DNA of 33,356 nucleotides from a virus: positions 1-33,356 of IMG/VR virus record IMGVR_UViG_2757320712_000001; one strand, 5' to 3'. Positions within the stretch are counted from its first letter, which is position 1. Each line of letters starts with the position of its first letter. Made by a program: the position numbers and the translations under genes. Positions 17,901 through 25,886 of the stretch are shown here, piece by piece. The notes below the pieces were generated by a model. That model saw only the letters and a program-made list of their open reading frames with translations. It ran no database searches and had not been told where the DNA came from.

Positions 17901-18101
17901 ACTTACTTGGAATATGCAAGAAATAGAAGACTTAGGACATACGTAAACGACATAATTTCAACAATTAATTTATTGTTTGAAAAGCAGAAAATTGATTTAA
18001 ATACAGCACAATCTTATTTACAACAATTAAAACAATACGGTTTAACTAATGAAGAAATTCAATTAATCTTACTAAATTGGCAATTACGTTCAAATTACTG
18101 A
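14925..18101 (+). CDS. Large virion / terminal fibre protein (SIRV2 ORF1070-like)
   Basis: 1058 aa, helical, amphipathic N-terminus, 48-aa internal repeats from aa 483. Confidence 0.85.
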   Translation: MSFLLNLGDLGTFFSDELTALENFANFLSSEFINFFSAVVNDIENVVSFIGQAISDIPTFMQKIANNFLQILQNFVQTAIPVVSGFLTFLEQQIINVFQDLSSLASTFINDAYSFLQGVVNAFANLISTIVQDFLNNFGQNMKHISSAISQLTQFLTPFIAPVTLGKFLPAIIDKLAEILPEVEIDLAPVGLGGKIPINFGEIVKAFAETTVDFLNEVRQEIQTTLKEFIKEPFISDFKITAREIFNEIGLGDLPFADPPFKQIANWVGARSFSEIKDHLRETILLTGFPAWFTDAYLESPVDDYIPRNPLFRPVNIRDVILASQYGILDFSAVSQYAENNLITPKTAKLMYNNQTARLLQRVVEEGIRQFVVTPDKAYEEIINNVNLAGKDLYLKVFSLEYNYSVQRIVRQFLRSLLSRALTNFGRPYIDLKFLESTVQKLFKELNYPAEVQSVFNVMIEQSQIVYTNQLLLTQLEQITRLGIFDEKKIKAELKANNFNEQIALTILNYELQYVKLQYILKEFQFKLQNYIISTKDAEHQLKSLGFDSSIISEILFEYQTAPLVKYQISQIESLAKKGYLSVDEIKKQLHALEVIKEFEDIFINYTNQEIQISSTLSIAKEQLRNFLIDSKAVENELKVLKINEYLINEIIQEEYNINIAKLQLSYIETLAKNLYYDQAQLSGELSKILKDKTAIDLYTQKFYYEYIYPKIINYYTQLARHGIITDISKLPKEIVQYEINPEIQIFQLTTELEYIKSLLKDLQITPDKAIQELEKLGMQKDLANLIVQTYIPTIYSLHTIIGNIVNGQLFKVGKVPVNLGNAESELRKLGIPENQIKVILDQYASSFGLEIWRKFLPSLSHIETAIKYNFPDKQLIDYSFIPSEFLNLYSNLYQHEIIGQYVQSLKSEYVELLVYGVQNIQLENLLKQYGINEALLGVLKLSAQIRKILTAYQELYITPSKALQISEYVSNPTQLLQKVFSEFQVPSDLQNTYLEYARNRRLRTYVNDIISTINLLFEKQKIDLNTAQSYLQQLKQYGLTNEEIQLILLNWQLRSNY

Positions 18102-18134
18102 ATTTGTAATTTGAAAATGTTTTTTTATCCTTCA

Positions 18135-18218
18135 AATTTACAATTCCAAACGTTCACTAGTTCAGCCTTAATTTAGAAAAAAAGAACTTCTAATTTGGCT
18201 TCACTGAGATCTAACTAT
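18135..18218 (-). ncRNA. Putative structured non-coding element, copy A
   Basis: Intergenic and homologous to 24017-24078 (3' block 30/35 identical). Core GTGA-AGCC...GGCT-GAAC. Confidence 0.4.
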
Positions 18219-18252
18219 TAAATAAATTTGTCATATTTTTTAACTTTTACAT

Positions 18253-19065
18253 ATGAGTGTAAACTTGTGTCATTATGAAGCTGAAAATATATCATTTAAA
18301 GATTTAGAAAATTTACAAGGTATGATATATTATGAAATTAAATACGACGGAACTCATATCTGTTTAAAATATGAAAATGAGTTAAAAATTAACACCAGGA
18401 AAGACATTCCACATGATAAAGGATTTCAAAATTTATTTTATCAAGTTCTAAATATTGATGAAATTATAAAATATATAAAACAAAATCCACAATATATTAT
18501 CCATGGAGAACTTATACATAAAAAGACATCAGCACTACAAATCCATACAAATGAAATTCCGAAATTTATCATATATGATGTCTTTGACAAAGAAGATAAT
18601 AGATATTTAAATCCAACTGAAGTTGATAGCGAAATTTATTATTGGTATCCTGAAATTTGTTTAGATTTAGATGATTTGATTGATATTATAACTAAAGAAA
18701 AACTTGAGGGTTTAGTAGCTAAAATTTACAATTCACAAACTATAAACTGTGAAGAAGGAAAGAATTTCAATTTATGCGTTTACAAATATAAGCCATATTT
18801 TTCAACTTTAGGAGTAATATTCAAACCAATTAAAAGAGAAATTGATATTAGACAATTATCATTTTTATTAGGAGAAATTGATAATGACTTAAAGAATAAT
18901 AAAGATGGTTGGTACGAAAATCATCAAGATCTTTACAAGTTCTTTATCGAAAATAAAGATAAAATAATACAGATACTACAAAACGAAAACTTTATATCAC
19001 AAATTGAGAAAGAAACACATTTAGACATTAAGAAAATAAAAGAATACATTATAAACTTCAAATGA
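18253..19065 (+). CDS. ATP-dependent ligase-family nucleotidyltransferase (Rnl2-like, RNA ligase-type architecture)
   Basis: Motif I EIKYDG (K30), Ia R49, III IHGE (E86), IIIa FIIYD, IV EGLVAK, V YKYK. Helical-looking C-terminus with no evident OB fold. Has its own TATA-GTC promoter. Confidence 0.85.
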   Translation: MSVNLCHYEAENISFKDLENLQGMIYYEIKYDGTHICLKYENELKINTRKDIPHDKGFQNLFYQVLNIDEIIKYIKQNPQYIIHGELIHKKTSALQIHTNEIPKFIIYDVFDKEDNRYLNPTEVDSEIYYWYPEICLDLDDLIDIITKEKLEGLVAKIYNSQTINCEEGKNFNLCVYKYKPYFSTLGVIFKPIKREIDIRQLSFLLGEIDNDLKNNKDGWYENHQDLYKFFIENKDKIIQILQNENFISQIEKETHLDIKKIKEYIINFK

Positions 19066-19087
19066 TGATAACAATTACAACTTGCTA

Positions 19088-19107
19088 TATACATAATATT
19101 ATGTATA
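19088..19107. promoter_or_regulatory. 20-bp palindromic operator, copy 5
   Basis: TATACATAATATTATGTATA; TTTATTTT-TGTC follows 11 nt downstream. Confidence 0.65.
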
Positions 19108-19149
19108 AGCTATGTGTGTTTATTTTTGTCAAGTTAATAATTTTTTCAT

Positions 19150-20886
19150 ATGAGCTTACCTTACAAAGTACGTTTTAAATTGCCATTAGAATTTCTGACT
19201 TTGCAAGACTGGAATAACTTTGTACAAAATTTACTATTTATAAATCAATATGGTCCTGCTAAACTTCTCCAGTATTATCAAAATGGCAATTTTCAGAATC
19301 TGGATGAAGTTATTGCAAAATATCTATATGTTTCAGCTTTGAAAGTTATGGGATATAATGTTCTTCATAATTTATCACAACCTCAGGCTTATACATTTGG
19401 TGAAGGAAATCAACAGCCATTTAAAAGCATGGCAAATAAATCTACTGTAAGCTTTCCATATTCAATACCATTTGAATTTATACAATTTTATCCGATATCT
19501 GAATTGTCTAACTATAAATTTCCAGTTTTTCCAGTTGAGAAATTACAAGTTCAATTATCACAAGTTAGTAAACAATTACAATTATTAATTCCTAGACTAG
19601 TTTCGAAAATTATAACTCCAAATCAAATTGCTGGAACACAATTCCAATTTTCTGGTACTGCAAATGTACAAACATTAATAGAAGACTATCTAGATTCTCA
19701 ATATTTGCAAACTTGGAGAGAAATTACAATTCAGAATTTAGGCAGTTCTGCAGTTCAGATAAACAATTCAATTTATTTAATGCCTAAAAATTGTTTAAAA
19801 ATAACTGCAAGTTCTCCATCAGAAATTCAACTAACTGCTCAAACTCCAACTTTACTAAGTGAAGAAATTGAATTTGTTGGAACTCCCATAACATTTTATA
19901 CAATTACAATAACAAATAGTCAATCAGACCCGACTCCTTCACCATTTCAACAATTACTAAATTTAAATTTATCATCTATATTATCAAGCTCATCACAACT
20001 TTTGAATTTACAATTTTGTTTAGACGTACAATGTCAAACTCCGCTTTACGCGTGGATTGAAAGTTACAATTCTAATTTATCAAGTGTTTATATTTGGATT
20101 AATTTGCCAACTTCAATTCCTGCTAATTCATCAATTACAATATATATGTTTGTTAGAAATTCAAATCAATACCCTTATACTGGGATAGCTCCGCAACTTA
20201 CTTCTACATACGCACAATATGATAATGGAGAAAATGTATTCTTAGATTACTGGAATTTTCAAGGTACATCAGTACCAAATGGAATAAATGTATATGAAAG
20301 TGACGGAACTGTAACATTCAATAATGGTGTAACAATAAAAGGCGGAACCTCAGCAATTGGTGGTGAAAACGGTATAGCAACTGTTAAATCATTTTCTCCT
20401 CTAATAATAATTGATTATTATGGAACACAATCAACTAGTCCGTCTGGAGAATCTTGGGCATGGAATATGGTGGGATTTAGTAATTATATATCCAGTAGTG
20501 ATCAACATCCGGCTGGCGGTGGGACATATACACTTATAGATTTTGAAGATGGATATAATGCAAAGCCAGAGTCAAGTCAAGGCGGAAGCGTTACAGATGG
20601 AACTCTTTCCACACCTTCTAACAATTTATTTCCAGCATCAGTTTGGACACATATCTATACTTCTTCAGCATATTATACTTATCAAAATTATCAAACTAGT
20701 ACTGGATATATAACTGGGGCATCAAACACCGCATCTCTACCTTTTGAAATAATGGTAGGAAATAATGAGGCAAGTTATGCCCCTGATGGAATGACAGTTT
20801 ATTGGTTAAGAGTTAGGGCTTATCCACCAAACGGTACAATGCCTTCAAATTCACAACCACAAAAGACAATAATTCTAATAGGCTGA
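19150..20886 (+). CDS. Virion protein with DUF2341-like / lectin-like C-terminal half (SIRV2 ORF564-like)
   Basis: ITITNSQS..TPSPFQQLL...LYAWIE...IWINLP..IPANSSITIY...YDNG..VF pattern; Ser/Thr/Gly-rich beta region; operator upstream. Confidence 0.75.
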   Translation: MSLPYKVRFKLPLEFLTLQDWNNFVQNLLFINQYGPAKLLQYYQNGNFQNLDEVIAKYLYVSALKVMGYNVLHNLSQPQAYTFGEGNQQPFKSMANKSTVSFPYSIPFEFIQFYPISELSNYKFPVFPVEKLQVQLSQVSKQLQLLIPRLVSKIITPNQIAGTQFQFSGTANVQTLIEDYLDSQYLQTWREITIQNLGSSAVQINNSIYLMPKNCLKITASSPSEIQLTAQTPTLLSEEIEFVGTPITFYTITITNSQSDPTPSPFQQLLNLNLSSILSSSSQLLNLQFCLDVQCQTPLYAWIESYNSNLSSVYIWINLPTSIPANSSITIYMFVRNSNQYPYTGIAPQLTSTYAQYDNGENVFLDYWNFQGTSVPNGINVYESDGTVTFNNGVTIKGGTSAIGGENGIATVKSFSPLIIIDYYGTQSTSPSGESWAWNMVGFSNYISSSDQHPAGGGTYTLIDFEDGYNAKPESSQGGSVTDGTLSTPSNNLFPASVWTHIYTSSAYYTYQNYQTSTGYITGASNTASLPFEIMVGNNEASYAPDGMTVYWLRVRAYPPNGTMPSNSQPQKTIILIG

Positions 20887-20893
20887 CATTAAA

Positions 20894-22552
20894 ATGTCTT
20901 CAAATTATTGTGTTAAATTAACGCAAGAAATTTTAGTATTGTCTATGACTACAGCAAATCCTATAAATTTTACATCTTTACAATTTTCATTATCTGTAAA
21001 TTCTTTGGTTATTTTCCTATTCTCGAAATATCCATTTAATTCTGGTTATGCAAATAATTTTTGTGTAAATCAAGACGAATTTGGTTTCGCTCAGGTTGGA
21101 CAAAGTTTCAACATAGATTTAACAAATTATCAAGGATATTATATGTTAATTTTAATTTATCCTGAAGGAATTAATTTAACTAGTGTTAGAAGTTGTGATA
21201 TTGTTCCAAATTTAACTATGACTTTTCAAAATACAACAATTTCGCCAATTGAAAGTGAAACAATAATTAATAATTTTGATGGACAATTTGAAACAGATTT
21301 TTGTGCATGTTATCAAGGTCAAAGTCATACAATAGGAACTACATGTTCAAATTCAAATTATGTTCCAGCAATTTCATTAAATAATCTAAATAACCAATTA
21401 GTAATTATAACTTGTCAAGCATTTTATCCTACAAGTAATACAACTGTAGAATTTGTAACGCCAACTACATGCTCTTATTTTGGTGCATATTTAACAGCAG
21501 AAATAACATTTATTGGAAATCAACAAGTCATAGATTTTCTAAATAGTAACAATATATCATATTCTATTTCTTCTTCTACTTCATGTCAAGCATTTTCAAG
21601 TATATCGCCATGCGGATTACCTTGCAGATCAGTTTACCAAATTTCACAATTATTATCTCCGCCGCTTAAATATTCATTGATTACCTCAAAATTGTGGAAT
21701 GAAATAGTTAATGATTTATATTTAGCTTACACCATATTTAAATATATTAATTATTTATCTCAATTTCCATATATACAAAATATATATCATGCAATTTCAG
21801 ATTTCTACAATTTCTATGAAAACTTTCAACCTTACGTATTTAAACCACTTATTCATGCTAGAAAAGGACTTCCTTTGACAGCTGATTATTTCAATTCTTT
21901 AATAGATACAATTATAGAATTAGCAAATTTTGCTAATATACAATTACGACAAGGAATTTCTCATGTCCAGCCTGACCAAATCGTAAAATCTTTACAATTC
22001 GATAATATAATATATAATGTAAATCAACTTCTAACTTTTAATTATAATCAATACTTTTTACTTAGTTGTTATGGGAATGAATTTAATAATTTATTGAGTT
22101 CAATAACTACATTCCTAAATGTCTTAATTTCGAATCCTATGATCAATATCACAATTCCAAATAATGTCTATATTAAAAACTTCCTAATTTATAATAATTT
22201 TAACACTATTACTATTTATGGGACAATTGCTAATCTTGTAATGAATTTAAATTCTGGAACTATACAATTACAAGACTTTTCATCTATAAATTTTCTCGTT
22301 TTACAAAATAATTCAGGAATAATAGAACTCAATAATGAATCCAATATACATAATTTATCAATTAATCAAAATCCCGGAACTATTAATATCAACAATAATT
22401 CAACTGTAAATACAATACAAATTCAAAATAATAGTGGAATAATTAATATCAATGATAATGCAATAATTGAAAATCTAATTTGTAGTCAAAATATTGGAAC
22501 TGTAAATATTTCATCGAATGCGATAGTTATAAATAATCAGTGCAGTTCATAG
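20894..22552 (+). CDS. Putative virion / adhesin protein with Cys-rich N-terminus and C-terminal beta-solenoid repeats
   Basis: Co-transcribed with the 578-aa gene. About five 20-aa Asn/Ile repeats at the C-terminus. Confidence 0.7.
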   Translation: MSSNYCVKLTQEILVLSMTTANPINFTSLQFSLSVNSLVIFLFSKYPFNSGYANNFCVNQDEFGFAQVGQSFNIDLTNYQGYYMLILIYPEGINLTSVRSCDIVPNLTMTFQNTTISPIESETIINNFDGQFETDFCACYQGQSHTIGTTCSNSNYVPAISLNNLNNQLVIITCQAFYPTSNTTVEFVTPTTCSYFGAYLTAEITFIGNQQVIDFLNSNNISYSISSSTSCQAFSSISPCGLPCRSVYQISQLLSPPLKYSLITSKLWNEIVNDLYLAYTIFKYINYLSQFPYIQNIYHAISDFYNFYENFQPYVFKPLIHARKGLPLTADYFNSLIDTIIELANFANIQLRQGISHVQPDQIVKSLQFDNIIYNVNQLLTFNYNQYFLLSCYGNEFNNLLSSITTFLNVLISNPMINITIPNNVYIKNFLIYNNFNTITIYGTIANLVMNLNSGTIQLQDFSSINFLVLQNNSGIIELNNESNIHNLSINQNPGTININNNSTVNTIQIQNNSGIININDNAIIENLICSQNIGTVNISSNAIVINNQCSS

Positions 22553-23029
22553 TTTACAAAATACACATTCTTTATTATCATCAGTTATAAAAGTTAGAAC
22601 TGTTCCGTATAATTTTCTCATTAATTCAAAACGATTTTCTGTCCAATCGTGAATAGCTATACAAAATTGTTTATACTTTTGCAATTGAGAAAAATCTAAC
22701 TTAGCCTCACATCCTTCACAATCCATTATAAAAATGTCAGTATTTGGATATTGATTTCCAGTCCATTCTCCATTTACATCAACTTTATCGCAAATATTAA
22801 AGTCTTTACAAACTTTTTCTTTAAATCTTTTATTTAACTCATCACTTTTTTCATAGCCAACAATTTTTTTAGCACCTTTTAACAAAAAATATAAAGCTGA
22901 ACTTCCACAATCATTACCAATAATTGTAATTGTCTTATTTTCAACTTGCAATTTTCCATAAGCTAGATCAAACTCGTGCCAATAACAGCATTCCAATTTA
23001 CAAAAATAATCTTTATAATTAAAACTCAT
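22547..23029 (-). CDS. SAM-dependent methyltransferase (FkbM-like)
   Basis: IIGNDCGSSALYFLLKGAKKIVGYE motif I region, and MDCEGCE. Confidence 0.85.
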   Translation of the reverse strand: MSFNYKDYFCKLECCYWHEFDLAYGKLQVENKTITIIGNDCGSSALYFLLKGAKKIVGYEKSDELNKRFKEKVCKDFNICDKVDVNGEWTGNQYPNTDIFIMDCEGCEAKLDFSQLQKYKQFCIAIHDWTENRFELMRKLYGTVLTFITDDNKECVFCKL

Positions 23030-23031
23030 GA

Positions 23032-23955
23032 TTAAATGACCTCAAATAGAGCATAAACTTTAGCTTTTCCAGTTGCCCAAGCATAAACATTACTAGGATT
23101 ATTTACATGAATTTCTATTGAATCATTTTGGAGAATTGGAAAGTTATTATATAAATTATTGCCAATATAAACGATATAATTACTGAGATTTTGGAGAATT
23201 ATTCTTACAGTTTCTATGGATGGGCCTGTATATAAAGGACTTGGAGTAGTAGAAACATCAAGTTGAAGGCCTTCTATAGTTGGCGGACTTAAGTACAAAC
23301 CAAGTTTATTAATTGTATTTGCCAAACCGACAGTTGCTAAATATACATATGTAAGTGTATAAGCTATAGAATTCGCAATAAAATATATTGCACTTTGTAA
23401 CGAAATTCCTAATTTTTTAGCTATTGAGTTTATAGTTTCGTAAAATGAAATATAGAAATTCTGTAAATCTTCTTTTATTATAGTCCTAGATTGTTCAATA
23501 TTTGAAATTAAATAATTTACGACACTATATATCGTTTCGTATAAAGCCTGAGTATCTTTGCTTAAAATTAAAGTAGCAGTTGGAACAGCAACTATAATTT
23601 TCTCGTAAATTTCCTGAGGAAGTTTAACAATTGAATAGTATAATTGTTCATTAGAGTATAAAATTGCATTTATTTGTTGATTTGCAGTAGCTATAAATCC
23701 AGCGATATATATCGGATCTAACTCTGTAAGTACTGGTTGTCCAGCTACATAAATTTCATTATAAAAAAATCCGGAACTAGCATTTATTGTTCCTGGAATT
23801 GTTAAATTTCCATTTTTCAAAATTGAAGTTACTGCATTTCCGCCTGTCTCATACAATTGAATTAAAAGCAAAGATGCGGTATTCCACATTCCAGATGTCA
23901 ATCTCTGGAAAGGCGAAGCCAACAAACTCGAAATTGAGGCATATGTAATGCTCAT
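23032..23955 (-). CDS. Probable virion protein, 307 aa, partly paralogous to 19150..20886
   Basis: Shares an LT...WN N-terminal motif and an IxxQNL...V.I.N...PS module with the 578-aa protein. Operator upstream. Confidence 0.75.
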   Translation of the reverse strand: MSITYASISSLLASPFQRLTSGMWNTASLLLIQLYETGGNAVTSILKNGNLTIPGTINASSGFFYNEIYVAGQPVLTELDPIYIAGFIATANQQINAILYSNEQLYYSIVKLPQEIYEKIIVAVPTATLILSKDTQALYETIYSVVNYLISNIEQSRTIIKEDLQNFYISFYETINSIAKKLGISLQSAIYFIANSIAYTLTYVYLATVGLANTINKLGLYLSPPTIEGLQLDVSTTPSPLYTGPSIETVRIILQNLSNYIVYIGNNLYNNFPILQNDSIEIHVNNPSNVYAWATGKAKVYALFEVI

Positions 23956-23997
23956 AGTTTAATATTTCTGAAATGACAAAAATAAGAACTCATAGCT

Positions 23998-24017
23998 TAT
24001 ATATCATATAATGTATA
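23998..24017. promoter_or_regulatory. 20-bp operator, copy 6 (2 mismatches)
   Basis: TATATATCATATAATGTATA; CTTATTTT-TGTC follows 11 nt downstream on the minus strand. Confidence 0.55.
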
Positions 24018-24078
24018 TAGCTTGATCTAATTGTGAGGCCGATAAGGCCGAACTAGTACAAGTTTGGAATTATAAATT
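24017..24078 (+). ncRNA. Putative structured non-coding element, copy B
   Basis: GTGA-GGCC-GATAA-GGCC-GAAC hairpin, which can be drawn as a kink-turn. Homologous to 18135-18218. Confidence 0.4.
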
Positions 24079-24182
24079 AGAAAAACATGCTTAAAATTTT
24101 AGTTTATGAATTCAGAATCAAGTACGCAGTTCTCATAACGAATTAACAATATTTTAATCTGTCATATCAGTGAAATTTAATT

Positions 24183-24788
24183 ATGAAAATCTTTACTTTT
24201 GCAGGATATACAAAACATTTAGAAGAATTAAATTTTGATTATGTAGTTGTAGATAAAACTTTTAATGATTTAACTCAAGAGTTAGAGCAAAAATTTAAAG
24301 ATAAAATTATTTGGAATGAGACAAATAGTGATATAAGATGGATCAGAATTGCTAAACAATTGTTAAAAATTCTAGATATAGCAAAAGAACAAGATGATGA
24401 TATATTTGCAATCATAGATAGTGATTTAATTGTTCCAAAAATTAGAGAAATTAATCCACAAAATAGAATTCTCACGCTTTGCTATTGGCTTTATTATGAT
24501 TGGACAAATGAAATAAGACCTTTCTGTTCAGGAACAAATTATATATTTAATAAAAAATATATTGCAATTTTTGAATCTGTAATTAATGTTTATCTAGAAA
24601 AAGAATATTATAAAGAATTTCCAATAGATATATTTCTACATGACCATATTCTACATTTAAATGTAGCTAAGTTAGGGACTATTCATTATGTTAAAACTCC
24701 TGAAGGAGAGAAAAAAATGGAATTTAAATTTGAAGATATTCCCCAAATTGTAAAGCATATTCCAGAATTTGTTTTAATATCTTGGTGA
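24183..24788 (+). CDS. GT-A-like glycosyltransferase
   Basis: VVVD...IIDSDL DxD motif; paired with a GT4 gene as in SIRV. Confidence 0.7.
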   Translation: MKIFTFAGYTKHLEELNFDYVVVDKTFNDLTQELEQKFKDKIIWNETNSDIRWIRIAKQLLKILDIAKEQDDDIFAIIDSDLIVPKIREINPQNRILTLCYWLYYDWTNEIRPFCSGTNYIFNKKYIAIFESVINVYLEKEYYKEFPIDIFLHDHILHLNVAKLGTIHYVKTPEGEKKMEFKFEDIPQIVKHIPEFVLISW

Positions 24789-24795
24789 GGACAAA

Positions 24796-25860
24796 TTGTC
24801 AAATATTATTTATTACGTTTATCCTCAACATCATGATGTTTCATTTAAATTTGTGGCTAAAGAACATATAAAAATGTTAAGAGAAAAATATACAGTTTAT
24901 GAAATTCCAGCTTTATCATTTTATCAATTTACTCCTTTCAGATACCCAATTTCAATTATTCACCCGTTTTTTTATTCTATGTGGCACTGGGGAAAAGTAG
25001 AGTTTTCATTTTTTGAACAATATAGATCTAAAGTTAGTCAAATTATTGGAGTTGAAGTAGCTGACAGTGATAGAATTTCAGAAAAATTTATAGATTATGC
25101 AAATAATTATGCAGATAGACTAATTGGAAATTCAGAATGGACTGTAAACGCTTTTAAAAATTCTGGACTAAAAATTCCAATTTATAAAGTTGTACATAAT
25201 TTTAATGAGAGATTATTGGCAAAAGATAATGAGTTAAAAATTGATGAACAAGTTAAATATATTGAAAAAGTTAAAAATGAGAAGAAAATTAAGCTAATTT
25301 TCATATCGCTATGGCATTCTGATTTTAGAAAAGGTGCCGATTTATTCCATGCAATAGCTAGACAACTTCAGAAAGAAAGAGATGATATTTATTTCCTAGT
25401 AAAAAGTGGAGGGCCTAGGACAGATTTCCAAGATTTGAGAATGTTTAATTTCACGGGAAATACAGATTTTGATAATATAGTTAAAATGTACAGAATTTCA
25501 GACTTATATCTTCTGACTTCCCGTGGTGGAAGTTTTGAATTAAATGGACTTGAGGCATTTATTTCAAAAATTCCGACAATCGCCACAAAAGGCGGTGCAT
25601 GGGAAGAATATTTTCCATCTCAATTGAAAGATTTGTTAGTTGATAGTTGTAGATTTCCAGACGTTTTGTGGAATAATCCAATTCATATTGGTCAAGGAGT
25701 AGAAATGTGCATGGATAAAGCAGTAGAAAAAATATTAGAAGTTCTGGACAATTTAGACAATTACAAAGCAAAAATTGAAGAAAATTATAATTTTTGGTTA
25801 GAAAATTTCAGCTATAACGCCGTAAAAAAGCAACTTTTAAATGCAATTGAAAAATCTTAA
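24796..25860 (+). CDS. GT-B (GT4-like) glycosyltransferase
   Basis: FRKGAD and SRGGSFELNGLEAF signatures. TTG start behind SD GGTGAGG overlapping the upstream stop. Confidence 0.9.
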   Translation: MSNIIYYVYPQHHDVSFKFVAKEHIKMLREKYTVYEIPALSFYQFTPFRYPISIIHPFFYSMWHWGKVEFSFFEQYRSKVSQIIGVEVADSDRISEKFIDYANNYADRLIGNSEWTVNAFKNSGLKIPIYKVVHNFNERLLAKDNELKIDEQVKYIEKVKNEKKIKLIFISLWHSDFRKGADLFHAIARQLQKERDDIYFLVKSGGPRTDFQDLRMFNFTGNTDFDNIVKMYRISDLYLLTSRGGSFELNGLEAFISKIPTIATKGGAWEEYFPSQLKDLLVDSCRFPDVLWNNPIHIGQGVEMCMDKAVEKILEVLDNLDNYKAKIEENYNFWLENFSYNAVKKQLLNAIEKS

Positions 25861-25886
25861 ATTGGTCATAAAACTCAAACTGTAAT

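Noticed and set aside
24030-24056. Hammerhead ribozyme resemblance (TGTGA-GGCC-GATAA-GGCC-GAAC)
   Set aside because: Lacks the CUGANGA and GAAA core, and no stems I/III or cleavage triplet can be drawn. Kept only as a generic structured element.
24007-24090. H/ACA guide RNA interpretation of element B
   Set aside because: A lower stem (TATAAT/ATTATA) is possible, but no ACA/ANA box sits directly at its base, and copy A does not conserve it.
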